Source: Acidimicrobiales bacterium (lineage in GTDB: Bacteria; Actinomycetota; Acidimicrobiia; Acidimicrobiales; Acidimicrobilacustridaceae). Taken from it: DNA of 64,000 nt. The notes under the pieces were generated by a model. The model worked only from the letters and a program-made list of their open reading frames with translations, was not told where the DNA came from and searched no databases. The stretch spans positions 478,401 through 542,400 of the forward strand of contig JBIIAM010000001.1 of assembly GCA_044239895.1 (NCBI GenBank). Reading direction: 5' to 3'. A program made the translations under genes and the position numbers. Shown piece by piece: positions 10,607-19,999 of this stretch (the first letter of the stretch is position 1; each line of letters starts with the position of its first letter).

Positions 10607-10718
10607 AGCCCGAGCCTAGGGGTTTCGTGCTCCGAGGAGTTTCCCCAAGCTATTTCGAGCGATAAGGCGTACCCTGAATTTCTATAAGGTCCGGCTCGGA
10701 TCTTGGGGGGGGGTAGTT

Positions 10719-11153
10719 ATGAAGTTTGTCGATTCCCGCTCAGGTTTAGAAGTGATCGAGCGTTCGGAGTGCCTGACGCTCTTGCAATCCCGCTTCGTCG
10801 GTCGGCTCGCGCTGGTCACGGGCGGACAACCGCAGATCTATCCGGTGAACTATGCGATGGACGGCGAACATGTGATTTTCCGAACCGGTGACGGGACGAA
10901 GTTCACAGCGTCGAAGCGGGGAGAAGCAGTTTCGTTCGAGGTCGACGAGGTAGACCAGCACTCCCGCACTGGGTGGAGCGTTGTCGTGAGCGGTTGGGCT
11001 CGGGTGGTCGATGATCTCGTCCGCATCGGACGACTTACCGAGATTGGCCTGGAGCCTTGGTCCGGACCGCTGAGTCATCACTGGGTGGCGGTCAATCCCG
11101 AACGCATAACGGGTCGCCGGGTTGAACCCGGCCCTCGCCGCATGGCTTCCTGA
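10719..11153 (+). CDS. pyridoxamine 5'-phosphate oxidase-like (FMN-binding split barrel) family protein
   Basis: 144 aa. The pattern LSRSECLTLL..GRLALV..GQPQIYPVNYAMDGEHVIFRT is typical of PPOX-class small flavoproteins. Confidence 0.65.
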   Translation: MKFVDSRSGLEVIERSECLTLLQSRFVGRLALVTGGQPQIYPVNYAMDGEHVIFRTGDGTKFTASKRGEAVSFEVDEVDQHSRTGWSVVVSGWARVVDDLVRIGRLTEIGLEPWSGPLSHHWVAVNPERITGRRVEPGPRRMAS

Positions 11154-11261
11154 TTAGCCGGGGCTCTGGCCGAGTCAGGAAGCTCAACTAAGGATCTGCC
11201 GGGCCGCAGCGTCCGTGGTCGTATTCCGCGCTGACGCTCGCAAATTGTCGTGCGAAGATGA

Positions 11262-11834
11262 TTGGGTATGAATGTTCAGACGTTCTCTTCCCTCTTTGGA
11301 CTGCTCGCATTGCTGTGCTGGTTCGGCACGCTGGCCATCGTCGTAGGCGCAATCATCCGACGATTCGCTCCCAACCCGATTCCGATCGTTGAACAACTAC
11401 GTGACGATCTCGGTCGGTTCGCATTGCCGCTGGCGTGGCTCGTGGCTGCAGTGACAACCGTCGGTTCGCTCTATTACTCAAAGGTGCAGGGATACGTCCC
11501 GTGCGAACTGTGCTGGTACCAGCGCATCTGCATGTACCCCTTCGCCGTAATCCTCGGAATCGCGGCATTCCGCCGGACCCCATCGGTCCGCGTCTACGCG
11601 ATCCCAGTTCTGTCCATCGGGGCGGCCATAGCGGCCTACCACTCGTGGATCCAGGCCTATCCACCATCGAACGGGACATCGTTCTGCAGCGCTACCGCTT
11701 CCTGCACCGAGCGTTATGTCTGGGAATTCGGTTTTATTTCGCTCCCCTTTATGGCGCTTTCGGCATTTGTTGTCATGATTGCGCTGCTGTCCATCGCCCG
11801 CTACGAACCGCTTTCTGATCAGGAGAACTTGTGA
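11262..11834 (+). CDS. disulfide bond formation protein B (BdbC/DsbB-like)
   Basis: Four TM helices with a CxxC in the first loop ([14 protein letters not shown]) and a second Cys pair (FCSATASC). It overlaps the downstream thioredoxin-like gene by 4 nt. Confidence 0.75.
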   Translation: MGMNVQTFSSLFGLLALLCWFGTLAIVVGAIIRRFAPNPIPIVEQLRDDLGRFALPLAWLVAAVTTVGSLYYSKVQGYVPCELCWYQRICMYPFAVILGIAAFRRTPSVRVYAIPVLSIGAAIAAYHSWIQAYPPSNGTSFCSATASCTERYVWEFGFISLPFMALSAFVVMIALLSIARYEPLSDQENL

Positions 11835-12571
11835 GTAATCGCCCGAATCGATCCAAATCAGCCTCGGCTCGTGTTCGTCAGGCCGCCAATGGCGACAAGA
11901 GTAAGTCGACCAAATTGCTCTGGACCGGATTAGCCGTTGTGATCATCGTGATCGGCGTCGTTGTCATCGGCGTCAGTCGAAGCAGCAGTAATTCGAGTGG
12001 CAAAGGTGGAGTCGCCAGTCCGAGCGGAGGCACCGTCGTTCCGAACGGCGACCTCACGATCGGGCAGATCCAAGTCGTTGGCGCGAACCTTCCGTCGAAG
12101 CCGGACACGGGCGCCGATCCCGCTATCGGGATGACGATCCCGCAGGTCACCGGTCAGTCCTTCGACGGCAAGACCGACGTGATCACGCCGGAGGGCAAGC
12201 CCATGGTGATCATGGCTCTCGCCCACTGGTGCTCGCATTGTCAGAAGGAAGTGCCAGTCATTCAGAACTGGTTGGACAAAAATGGCATGCCCGCCGATGT
12301 CGATCTTGTGAGCATCGCCACCTCGAACGATCCGGCAAAGTCGAACTACCCGGCCGGAGACTGGCTCCGCAGGGAGCAATGGTCGGTGCCGACCATTCTC
12401 GACAACAAGGAGACGGCCGGTGCTCGCGCCTATGGCGTCGGCGGCTTCCCGTACTTCGTTGTGGTCTCGCCCGCGGGCAAGGTCATCTATCGCACCAGCG
12501 GCGAACTGACCATTGCCCAGTGGGAAGGCGTTCTCGAGGCAGCTCGTACAGGCATCTCGCCGACCGTCTGA
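11831..12571 (+). CDS. membrane-anchored thioredoxin-fold protein (TlpA/redoxin-like)
   Basis: An N-terminal TM anchor is followed by a low-complexity linker and the CxxC active site (AHWCSHCQKE). It is coupled to the DsbB-like gene. Confidence 0.8.
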   Translation: MSNRPNRSKSASARVRQAANGDKSKSTKLLWTGLAVVIIVIGVVVIGVSRSSSNSSGKGGVASPSGGTVVPNGDLTIGQIQVVGANLPSKPDTGADPAIGMTIPQVTGQSFDGKTDVITPEGKPMVIMALAHWCSHCQKEVPVIQNWLDKNGMPADVDLVSIATSNDPAKSNYPAGDWLRREQWSVPTILDNKETAGARAYGVGGFPYFVVVSPAGKVIYRTSGELTIAQWEGVLEAARTGISPTV

Positions 12572-12620
12572 TCCGGTCCATCGAGGTCCCATCTGGGCCT
12601 GATCCCGGCTAGTTCTTCCT

Positions 12621-12674
12621 TGCTGGCTCGTCTCTGGTTGCCTTAGCAACTGGAAACGAGCCAGCAGTCGTTTT
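12621..12674 (+). terminator. long imperfect hairpin plus T-run between the convergent thioredoxin-like gene and tRNA-Lys
   Basis: An 11-bp outer stem (tgctggctcgt at 12621-12631 with acgagccagca at 12656-12666) encloses an inner gttgc/gcaac stem. It is followed by gtcgtttt. Confidence 0.5.
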
Positions 12675-12678
12675 GCGG

Positions 12679-12750
12679 TGCCTCCGGTGGGATTCGAACC
12701 CACGCTCGTCGGATTAAAAGTCCGCTGCCTTACCGCTTGGCCACAGAGGC
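12679..12750 (-). tRNA. tRNA-Lys (anticodon UUU)
   Basis: Hand-folded cloverleaf on the reverse strand. The acceptor is GCCTCTG/CGGAGGC, the T arm is GTGGG-TTCGAAT-CCCAC, and the anticodon loop is CTTTTAA. The D arm, GCC-AAGCGGTAA-GGC, is more Gln/Glu-like than usual for tRNA-Lys. CCA is not encoded. Confidence 0.8.
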
Positions 12751-12811
12751 GAGAAGGGGTCACGTTACCCGCCTCACCGCCTTCGCCTGAAGGCGGGATT
12801 AGCGTCGACGC

Positions 12812-14089
12812 GTGAACGTGCCCGAACCGACCCCGGGGATCTCCGGCCGAGCCTGCGCACGCTGGCGGAACTGCCCAGTTCAGGTTCAGGCTCTGGTTCT
12901 CTTCTTCCTGATCGGATCGGTGGTCTTCGCCGCCGTCTGGTTCGGCGCACGCGGTCCAATTTCCCTTGCGGGGAATCAGGATCTCTCTAGCTATCCGGGT
13001 TCAGCGATCTTCGGAGGCTGGTTCCGGTTTGACGGTCGCTGGTACGACCTGATCGTCACGAAGGGTTATTGGTTCAATGGCCCGACCGTCCAGTCATCTG
13101 TCGCGTATTTCCCTGGCTATCCGCTGGTGCTCTGGATGCTGCATTTCGTGACCGGAATCTCGGTGAAGTTGCTGGGCTCAATCGTGACGATCGCGTGTGG
13201 GGCCGGCGTGGCGGTGCTGTTCGTGTCATGGAGTCGCCTGCGCGCTACCGACCGAGTTGTCCGCATTGCTCTGGTCACCATGCTCCTTTACCCCTACGCC
13301 TTTTATCTAATGGGCGCGGTCTACGGAGACGCGCTCTTTCTCGTTGCAGCTTTGGGTGCCTTCGTTCTCCTCGAACGCGATCACGCCGTACTGGCGGGAC
13401 TCGCCGGAGCTGTCGCGACTGCGACGCGGCCTGTCGGGATAGCACTCATCATCGGCCTCATTGCGCTCACCCTGTGGCGTCGGCATGTGATCGAGTCTGG
13501 CGATGGTCGGCTGCGGATGCGGATTATGTGGCGGCGGCTGCGCTGGTCTGACAGCGGGGTCTTGCTCTCATTCGGTGGCTTGCTTGGATACATGACCTTT
13601 CTGGGTATTCGGTTCGGTCATCCGTTTGCGTTCGATGAAGTGCAACAGGCGCCCGGTTGGGACCAGGGGGCCGGGCCGCGCACGTGGCTCAAGATCACCT
13701 GGTTTCAGCAGATCAAGAACCTCCCGAGTTGGTTCATCGACTGGATACGCAACGGTGACACGGCAACCTTCGAGAAGGTGATGTACGCCGCAACCGTGAT
13801 CATGCAGGGCCTGTTCGTTCTGGGCTTTCTCTTTCTGGCGTGGCAGGTCTGGCGTCGATTCGGGTGGGGCTACGGCGTCTATTCATTCGCCCTGCTGGCC
13901 ATTCCCCTGCTCGGAACCAAAGATTTTCAAGGAAGCGGCCGTTATCTGCTTGCCGCGTTCCCCTGTTTCCTTGCTCTCGGGGCACTTTTTGAGGGCCGTG
14001 CCGCATTGCGATGGGCGTGGTGGGGTTCGAGCGCTTTCGTACTTTTTGCGTGGGCCTTCGCATTCGGTCGCGGGTACTACGTAGCCTGA
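12812..14089 (+). CDS. polytopic membrane protein, probable GT-C-fold glycosyltransferase
   Basis: 425 aa with about 10 or more TM helices and an early extracytoplasmic loop (YWFNGPTVQSSVAYFPGYPL). It is the first gene of an operon with a GT2, a deacetylase and a methyltransferase. The family assignment is tentative. Confidence 0.5.
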   Translation: MNVPEPTPGISGRACARWRNCPVQVQALVLFFLIGSVVFAAVWFGARGPISLAGNQDLSSYPGSAIFGGWFRFDGRWYDLIVTKGYWFNGPTVQSSVAYFPGYPLVLWMLHFVTGISVKLLGSIVTIACGAGVAVLFVSWSRLRATDRVVRIALVTMLLYPYAFYLMGAVYGDALFLVAALGAFVLLERDHAVLAGLAGAVATATRPVGIALIIGLIALTLWRRHVIESGDGRLRMRIMWRRLRWSDSGVLLSFGGLLGYMTFLGIRFGHPFAFDEVQQAPGWDQGAGPRTWLKITWFQQIKNLPSWFIDWIRNGDTATFEKVMYAATVIMQGLFVLGFLFLAWQVWRRFGWGYGVYSFALLAIPLLGTKDFQGSGRYLLAAFPCFLALGALFEGRAALRWAWWGSSAFVLFAWAFAFGRGYYVA

Positions 14090-14093
14090 CCTA

Positions 14094-14876
14094 ATGGCGA
14101 ACTTCGAGAGCCTCACGATCTTCTATCCGATGTGGAACGAACAGGACACGATCCACCGCGCCGTCAACGCCGCGTTCGAGGCTGGCGACGCGCTCGTTGC
14201 CGACGGCGAGATCGCCACGTACGACGTTCTGATCATCAACGATGCGTCGACAGACGCGACCGGCGAAATCGCGGATCGTCTTGCCGAATCCGATTCCCGC
14301 GTTTCTGTCGTGCATCACGCGGTCAATCGCAAACTCGGAGGCACCATCAAAACGGGATTCGAGAATGCCCGCGGCGAAATTGTTCTTTACACCGATGCCG
14401 ATCTGCCGTTCGACATGGCCGAGTTGTCAAAGGCTGTTCGTCTGCTGCGCATCTACGAAGCTGACGTCGTCAGCGCCTATCGATTCGATCGCACAGGCGA
14501 GGGTACGCGTCGCCTCATCTACAGCTACGTGTACAACCACCTCGTCCAGACACTGTTCGGACTCAGGCTGCGCGACATGAATTTTGCCTTCAAGCTACTG
14601 AGGCGTTCAATGCTCGATCAGGTGGAGCTGAAGAGTGAGGGTTCGTTTATCGATGTCGAACTGCTGGCTCGCGCCAAGAGGCTCGGCTTCGAGATCGTTC
14701 AGTTTGGTGTCGACTATTTTCCGCGAACTCGCGGGATATCGACGCTCTCGTCGAACTCAGTGATCGTGAAGATCGTGCGCGAAATGTTGCAACTGCGTAG
14801 TGAGCTGCAGGCACTCGAACCGTTGCCGCTCGAGGTCCGTCATCCTTGGGCGTCGGGTGGCGGCGAGCCCGCGTGA
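14094..14876 (+). CDS. family 2 glycosyltransferase (polyprenyl-phosphate sugar synthase-like)
   Basis: Shows the GT-A signature: IFYPMWNEQDTI, LIINDASTDATGEIA and YTDADLPFD (DxD). Confidence 0.85.
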   Translation: MANFESLTIFYPMWNEQDTIHRAVNAAFEAGDALVADGEIATYDVLIINDASTDATGEIADRLAESDSRVSVVHHAVNRKLGGTIKTGFENARGEIVLYTDADLPFDMAELSKAVRLLRIYEADVVSAYRFDRTGEGTRRLIYSYVYNHLVQTLFGLRLRDMNFAFKLLRRSMLDQVELKSEGSFIDVELLARAKRLGFEIVQFGVDYFPRTRGISTLSSNSVIVKIVREMLQLRSELQALEPLPLEVRHPWASGGGEPA

Positions 14877-15730
14877 GCGCAGCAGGACTTCGGCCGTTGC
14901 TCGTCGTCAATGCCGATGATTACGGGCTGACCGAGGGGGTTTCTCGGGGCATCCTCGAAGCCCATCGCAACGGCGTCGTGACATCGGTTTCCGTTCTTTC
15001 CCTTACTCCCGCATTCGAAACGTCGGCGCGCTGGCTCGCCGATGAGCCCGCCCTTGGGCGAGGCGCACATCTCGCTGCGGTGGGCGAAGATCCTCCGCTG
15101 CTGTCGGCACGCGAAGTTCCGACTCTCGTCGATCGCAAGGGTCACCTCCACAATTCATGGCGGACCTTTCTTCCGAGCGCCGCGGTTGGTCGTATCGATC
15201 CGGACGATCTCCGTCGCGAGTTCGCTGCTCAACTGGATGCGATAGCCGGAGCCGGAATCACGATCGACCATCTCGACACGCATCAGAACATCCACATGTG
15301 GCCGATGGTGGCTGACGTTGTCATGGGATTGGGCGAGGAGCGTGGTGTCCGAACCATTCGCGTCACTCGTTCGACGGGACGCGGTGTCGTCGGGCAGACC
15401 GTGAAGCGCCTTTCTCGTCGGCTGGAGAAGCAACTCAAACAACGCGGCTGGAACTCACCCGAGGCATCGACGGGACTCGACGAAGCCGGGTGTCTTGAGA
15501 CTTCAGCGATGGTCGCGGCACTGGGGCGTCTGGCTAGGACAGGTGCAGCAAGTGCCGAACTTGCGACACATCCGGGCGCTCCGGGCGACGCGGACCGGGC
15601 CCGATACAACTGGGATTATCAGTGGGATGATGAGTTCGAAGCGCTGCAATCAAAAACTGTTCTCCTCGCCATCGAAGAACTCGGATTCCGTTTGGGAACC
15701 TTTGCCGATCTAGCCCCGGGAGCGACGTGA
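14873..15730 (+). CDS. ChbG/HpnK (YdjC) family carbohydrate deacetylase
   Basis: The N-terminus LVVNADDYGLTEGVSRGILEAHRNGVVTSVS and later HLDTHQNIH are typical of the YdjC family. I chose the GTG at 14873, which overlaps the GT2 stop (GTGA). Confidence 0.8.
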   Translation: MSAAGLRPLLVVNADDYGLTEGVSRGILEAHRNGVVTSVSVLSLTPAFETSARWLADEPALGRGAHLAAVGEDPPLLSAREVPTLVDRKGHLHNSWRTFLPSAAVGRIDPDDLRREFAAQLDAIAGAGITIDHLDTHQNIHMWPMVADVVMGLGEERGVRTIRVTRSTGRGVVGQTVKRLSRRLEKQLKQRGWNSPEASTGLDEAGCLETSAMVAALGRLARTGAASAELATHPGAPGDADRARYNWDYQWDDEFEALQSKTVLLAIEELGFRLGTFADLAPGAT

Positions 15731-16410
15731 AGGCTCCGAAGTCCCCGGCGGCACGGCGAACGATGGCTCTTTGGAGCGACGCGCCGCGCTCATCGCGGCT
15801 CCACACGACCATCCGGTGGTGGTCGGCACCGTTCACGGAGCTCGAACTCGAAGTCCCACTGGCCGGAGACATCCTCGAAGTTGGTTGCGGTCACGGCATC
15901 TTCACCGTCTTCCTTGGGATCTCCTCCCGGGCGCGTCGCGTTGTCGGCATCGACATCGATGCCGACAAAATCGCGCTCGCAAAGTCGGCGGCATCGAATC
16001 TGCGCCCGGGCGAGGCGGAGGTGGCCTTCGACCTCATGCCAGCCGGGTCCATTCCCGCGTTGGAAGGCGGCTGGCGGGCGATCGTCTTCGCAGATGTGCT
16101 TTACCTGATGCATCCCGAGGATCGTGCGGCGATCCTGGCGGCATGCTTCGAAGCACTCGCTCCCGGAGGTCTGTTGATCGTCAAGGAAGTCGACACGCGA
16201 CCAAGAATGAAAGCGTGGCTCGCTCAGTTTCAGGAACTGCTTTCAACACGCGTGTTCCGCATTACCCACGGAAATAATCTCGACTTCCCGTCAATGACAG
16301 AACTTGATGCGCTTATGAGCGAGCTCGGGATGTCCACGATCGCTAAACACATCGACGATGGCTACATGCATCCGCATTGTGTTGTGATCGGAACTAAGCC
16401 GGCATCCTGA
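15727..16410 (+). CDS. class I SAM-dependent methyltransferase
   Basis: Contains motif I (ILEVGCGHGIF) and an acidic loop (VVGIDID). The GTG start overlaps the upstream stop (GTGA). Confidence 0.8.
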   Translation: MKAPKSPAARRTMALWSDAPRSSRLHTTIRWWSAPFTELELEVPLAGDILEVGCGHGIFTVFLGISSRARRVVGIDIDADKIALAKSAASNLRPGEAEVAFDLMPAGSIPALEGGWRAIVFADVLYLMHPEDRAAILAACFEALAPGGLLIVKEVDTRPRMKAWLAQFQELLSTRVFRITHGNNLDFPSMTELDALMSELGMSTIAKHIDDGYMHPHCVVIGTKPAS

Positions 16411-16429
16411 CTGCTCCGTATCGGACAAA

Positions 16430-17005
16430 TCAGAAGAGCGTGTCGCTCGTTGGTCCAGTTTCGTCTGAGTCTGAGTCTGAGTCTGCGTCCGCGTATGTAG
16501 TGCTGTCGGTGTCGGATTCGGCGATCGATTTGGCGATCAGGAATCCGCGGGCGCGCTCGGCAAGCGGGTATTGATCCACGAGTTGATGGAATGCCGCCGA
16601 ATGGTTGAGTTCGACGAGATGTGCGAGTTCGTGCACGAGCACGTAGTCGAGCACCCATGGTGGCCATTGTGCGAGGCGGGTCGAGATCCTGATCTCGCCG
16701 GTGGACGGCGTGCACGATCCCCATTGCGTGCGTTGTTCCGCCCAGCGCACGTGCGTCGGCTGCGGAAACTTGAATCGGCGGGCCAGCTTGGCTGCTCGTG
16801 CGGCTAGGTCGACAGTGTCGGCCTGATACCGACGCGAGAGGCGGGCAACGAGATCATCAATGTGTCCGTCGAGTTCGGCTTGGGGAATGCCTGCTGGTGC
16901 CTGAATTCGAATAACGCCATCGACGACGGTTGCCTGGACGGTTTTACGGCGACGCCGGCTGTAGACGACCTCGACCGGAAGCGGGTTCGGCTGAGGGGTA
17001 GTCAA
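16430..17005 (-). CDS. YgjP-like (DUF45/M48-related) metal-dependent hydrolase
   Basis: Has the HExxH motif in the typical context WGSC....I..S.RL...P.WVLDYVLVHELAHL. The start is uncertain. I chose the TTG at 17005, 8 nt after the upstream stop; the track ORF extends to 17161 and overlaps the upstream gene. Confidence 0.7.
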   Translation of the reverse strand: MTTPQPNPLPVEVVYSRRRRKTVQATVVDGVIRIQAPAGIPQAELDGHIDDLVARLSRRYQADTVDLAARAAKLARRFKFPQPTHVRWAEQRTQWGSCTPSTGEIRISTRLAQWPPWVLDYVLVHELAHLVELNHSAAFHQLVDQYPLAERARGFLIAKSIAESDTDSTTYADADSDSDSDETGPTSDTLF

Positions 17006-17012
17006 CGCGAAA

Positions 17013-17594
17013 TCAGATCTGTTCGGGGATCGTGAGTTCGTCGTCGTCGACGAGGACAAGCCGTTCACCGATCTCGAACCGGTCGCCGTGATGGGTGATC
17101 CAGCGAGCTCCGAGATTTGGCATGCGTTCCCATGGGAGCCCGGAATCGCGCTCGAGGGCACCGATCACGCCGCCGTGAGTGACAACGACAACATCCCCAC
17201 CGGTGAACTCGGACTCGATACGTCCGAGCGCGCGCAGGGTTCGTTCCATGAGGGCATCGTGAAGTTCGTAACCCGGCGGCCACCGATCGTGCGTGAGATA
17301 GCCGGGCCACTCCTGCTCGATCTCAGCACGGGTGAGACCTTCCCATTCGCCGGCATCGCGTTCGGCGAGTTCGGCATCGATGACGACAGGGCCGACGCCA
17401 ATCTGTTCGCTGATGATCCGAGCGGTCGTGAGTGCCCTATCGAGGGGTGAGGCGACGATGACGTCAACCGCTCCGATGCGCTGGGCGGCGTGAAGGGCCT
17501 GGAGTCGACCGAGATCGGTGAGGGCAGGATCAGCTGAGCCCTGCCAACGACCAAGGGCGTTCCATTCCGATTGTCCGTGGCGTACAAGCAGCAT
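17013..17594 (-). CDS. histidine phosphatase family protein (phosphoglycerate mutase-like)
   Basis: Carries the RHG motif at the N-terminus (MLLVRHGQSEWN) and later VTHGGVI. I chose the ATG at 17594 rather than the longer track ORF. Confidence 0.8.
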   Translation of the reverse strand: MLLVRHGQSEWNALGRWQGSADPALTDLGRLQALHAAQRIGAVDVIVASPLDRALTTARIISEQIGVGPVVIDAELAERDAGEWEGLTRAEIEQEWPGYLTHDRWPPGYELHDALMERTLRALGRIESEFTGGDVVVVTHGGVIGALERDSGLPWERMPNLGARWITHHGDRFEIGERLVLVDDDELTIPEQI

Positions 17595-17669
17595 CCGGGT
17601 CACGGGGTCGACGGTACCCGCCGAGGGCGACACGACCGAATCAGCGCGCCAAACGCCTAGTCTCTCGCC

Positions 17670-17909
17670 GTGGCCACGCTCCGATTGTTCGCCGCAGCCC
17701 GCGAAGCTGCCGGTACAGGGCGCGCTTCCGTGCCGGGAGCGACCGTTCAGGCCGTGATCGATGCCGCCGTGGCCGAGTTCGGTCCGAACTTCGCTCGGGT
17801 CGTCGAGTCGAGTCGGATCTGGCGCAACGGCGAACAAGCCGAACTGGCCGATCCGGTGAACGAGGACGACGAGGTTGCTGTGCTTCCACCGGTCTCAGGT
17901 GGTAGCTGA
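17670..17909 (+). CDS. MoaD/ThiS-family ubiquitin-like sulfur-carrier protein
   Basis: 79 aa with a beta-grasp-like pattern and a C-terminus of ...EVAVLPPVSGGS, i.e. Gly-Gly followed by one extra residue. Confidence 0.65.
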   Translation: MATLRLFAAAREAAGTGRASVPGATVQAVIDAAVAEFGPNFARVVESSRIWRNGEQAELADPVNEDDEVAVLPPVSGGS

Positions 17910-18694
17910 TGGCCACCTCGCCGGAATCTGGAACCATGCTCAGTCGACTCGTCTACGTGCCGAAGACCGATGGCCCGCATGTCCGCCTGGGTCTTCTCTG
18001 GTTCGTGGGGGCGGTCGTCGCGTGTGCGATTGGCCCAATCGCCGTGGCGTTCCTCTTCTCCTCGTTGGCGACAGTCTCCGCACTTCAGACCTCAAGGGTT
18101 TGGATGCGCCGAGGACGCGAAGTCGATTGGCTGGTCGCGACGATCGGATCTGCGGCGGTGGTGCTTGCCGCGCAACTTGGAGCCGCGCTCGCCGGTTTGG
18201 CCCTGCTGGGGATGGTTGCCTCGTCGTTGATCGCCGCCAAGGTCGCCCCGGCGCGTAGCGACGAAGTCTTCGCCCGGGCTGGTCGCACGTTGCGCTCGGG
18301 TGCCGTCGCCGCCGTCGCAGCCGCGTCGGTGGTGATCCTTGCCCGAACCGACATGGGGGCGTTGGTCGTCCTTCTCGTTCTGGTGAGCGTTTACGAGGTC
18401 GGTGATTATCTCGTCGGTACCGGTTCGAACCTTCCGATCGAGGGCCCGGTGGCGGGTATCGCGGCAGTGCTTGTGCTCACGTTCACCGAATCGGTCTTCC
18501 AACTTGGACCTTTCGAAGCACAGGCGACATGGGTATTCGGCGGAATGGTTGCGGTCGGTGCGCCGCTCGGGGCGGTTGTCGGCTCAGCGATTGCTCCCGG
18601 CGCTGATGCGGCCGGCCCGGCCCTTCGCCGACTCGACGCGTGGTTGATCACGGCCCCGGCCTGGTGCTGGATGCTGTGGGGCTATCTCAACTAG
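17909..18694 (+). CDS. polytopic membrane protein, function unknown
   Basis: 261 aa, Ala/Val/Leu-rich, with about 7 TM helices. Its ATG overlaps the MoaD-like stop by 1 nt. I recognised no family motif. Confidence 0.5.
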   Translation: MATSPESGTMLSRLVYVPKTDGPHVRLGLLWFVGAVVACAIGPIAVAFLFSSLATVSALQTSRVWMRRGREVDWLVATIGSAAVVLAAQLGAALAGLALLGMVASSLIAAKVAPARSDEVFARAGRTLRSGAVAAVAAASVVILARTDMGALVVLLVLVSVYEVGDYLVGTGSNLPIEGPVAGIAAVLVLTFTESVFQLGPFEAQATWVFGGMVAVGAPLGAVVGSAIAPGADAAGPALRRLDAWLITAPAWCWMLWGYLN

Positions 18695-18766
18695 CGCTTG
18701 ATTCAGCGACGGAATTTGCTCCCGATCGTGACGACTCACTGTTTCTCGCCGTAGCGTGGAGGCGTC

Positions 18767-19984
18767 ATGAGATCGCTTGCTGTGCTGTCGATGCACACAT
18801 CCCCCCTTGCGCAACCCGGTAGCGGTGATTCGGGTGGAATGAATGTGTACGTGCGCGAACTCGTCGGGGCGCTGGCCCAAGCGGGGGTGGACACGGAGGT
18901 CTTCGTGCGCCGCACCGACCCATCGCTGCCCGATGTGGTCGATGTCGAACCCGGGTTCCGCGTTGTTCACATCGATGCTGGCCCGTTCGATCTCCCCAAG
19001 GAAGATCTTCCCGACGTTCTCGAACTTTTCGGTGACGGCGTTGCGGAGCGGATGCGAACGCGCGGCGGCTACGACGCCATCCATGCCAACTACTGGCTCT
19101 CGGGCGTTGTCGGTCACCGACTCAAGCACGAGTTGTCGCTCCCGCTTGTCTCAACGTTCCACACGCTGGCGCGCGTCAAGGCCGAAACCGGTGACGACGA
19201 ACCCCAACGTCGTATCGACGCCGAGACGCAGGTCATCGCATGCTCCGATGCGATTCTTGCGAACTGTGCCGCCGAAGTTACCCAGCTCGTCGAGTTGTAC
19301 GGCGCTGATCCATCAAGGGTTGAGATCGTTCCTCCCGGGGTCGATCACGCGTTCTTCTCGCCCGGTGACCGCAACGGTGCCCGCCTCGCTCTGGGGTTGG
19401 GCGATCATCCGGTGCTGCTGTTCGCCGGTCGGATTCAGCCGCTCAAGGGTCTGACGATTGCGATCGCCGCGCTTGCCGAACTCGATCAGAAATTCGATGA
19501 TGCCGTACTCGTCGTCGTGGGTGGACCAAGCGGTGCCGAGGGCGAAGCCGAACTGGAGGCCGCCCGATCGCTCATAAGCGAACTCGGTCTGGGCGAACGT
19601 GTTCACTTCGTTCCGCCGCAACCGCATCATCTGCTTTCCACTTATTACCGAGCGGCCGATGTCTGCGTCGTCCCGAGCCGATCCGAATCGTTCGGTCTCG
19701 TGGCGCTCGAAGCAGCAGCGTGTGGAACGCCCGTCGTCGCAGCGGCGGTAGGTGGTTTGCTCACGCTTGTCGAGGATGGCGTAACCGGATTCCTGATCGA
19801 CACGCGCAACCCCTCCGACTACGCGGCTGCGATTGACAAACTCCTCAGCGACAAGCCCATGTCGCTCTTGATGGACGCTTCGGCCGCCGATTACGCGCGT
19901 CAGTACACCTGGTCGACGACAGCGGCGCGTTTGCGTCGTCTGTATGCCGATCTGACGCTGCGAGCGCCGGTCTCATGCGACTGA
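18767..19984 (+). CDS. mshA: D-inositol-3-phosphate glycosyltransferase (mycothiol biosynthesis)
   Basis: The N-terminus LSMHTSPLAQPGSGDSGGMNVYVRE is the characteristic MshA signature. A GT4 C-terminal domain follows (SRSESFGLVALEAAACGTPVV). Confidence 0.85.
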   Translation: MRSLAVLSMHTSPLAQPGSGDSGGMNVYVRELVGALAQAGVDTEVFVRRTDPSLPDVVDVEPGFRVVHIDAGPFDLPKEDLPDVLELFGDGVAERMRTRGGYDAIHANYWLSGVVGHRLKHELSLPLVSTFHTLARVKAETGDDEPQRRIDAETQVIACSDAILANCAAEVTQLVELYGADPSRVEIVPPGVDHAFFSPGDRNGARLALGLGDHPVLLFAGRIQPLKGLTIAIAALAELDQKFDDAVLVVVGGPSGAEGEAELEAARSLISELGLGERVHFVPPQPHHLLSTYYRAADVCVVPSRSESFGLVALEAAACGTPVVAAAVGGLLTLVEDGVTGFLIDTRNPSDYAAAIDKLLSDKPMSLLMDASAADYARQYTWSTTAARLRRLYADLTLRAPVSCD

Positions 19985-19999
19985 GAGGCTGGTTCGATC

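Noticed and set aside
10705-10713. A G9 homopolymer immediately upstream of the PPOX-like gene start, considered as a slipped-strand phase-variation tract.
   Set aside because: It lies in the RBS position and most simply serves as a G-rich Shine-Dalgarno sequence. There is no evidence of length variation from a single sequence, and such switches are not typical in this kind of genome.
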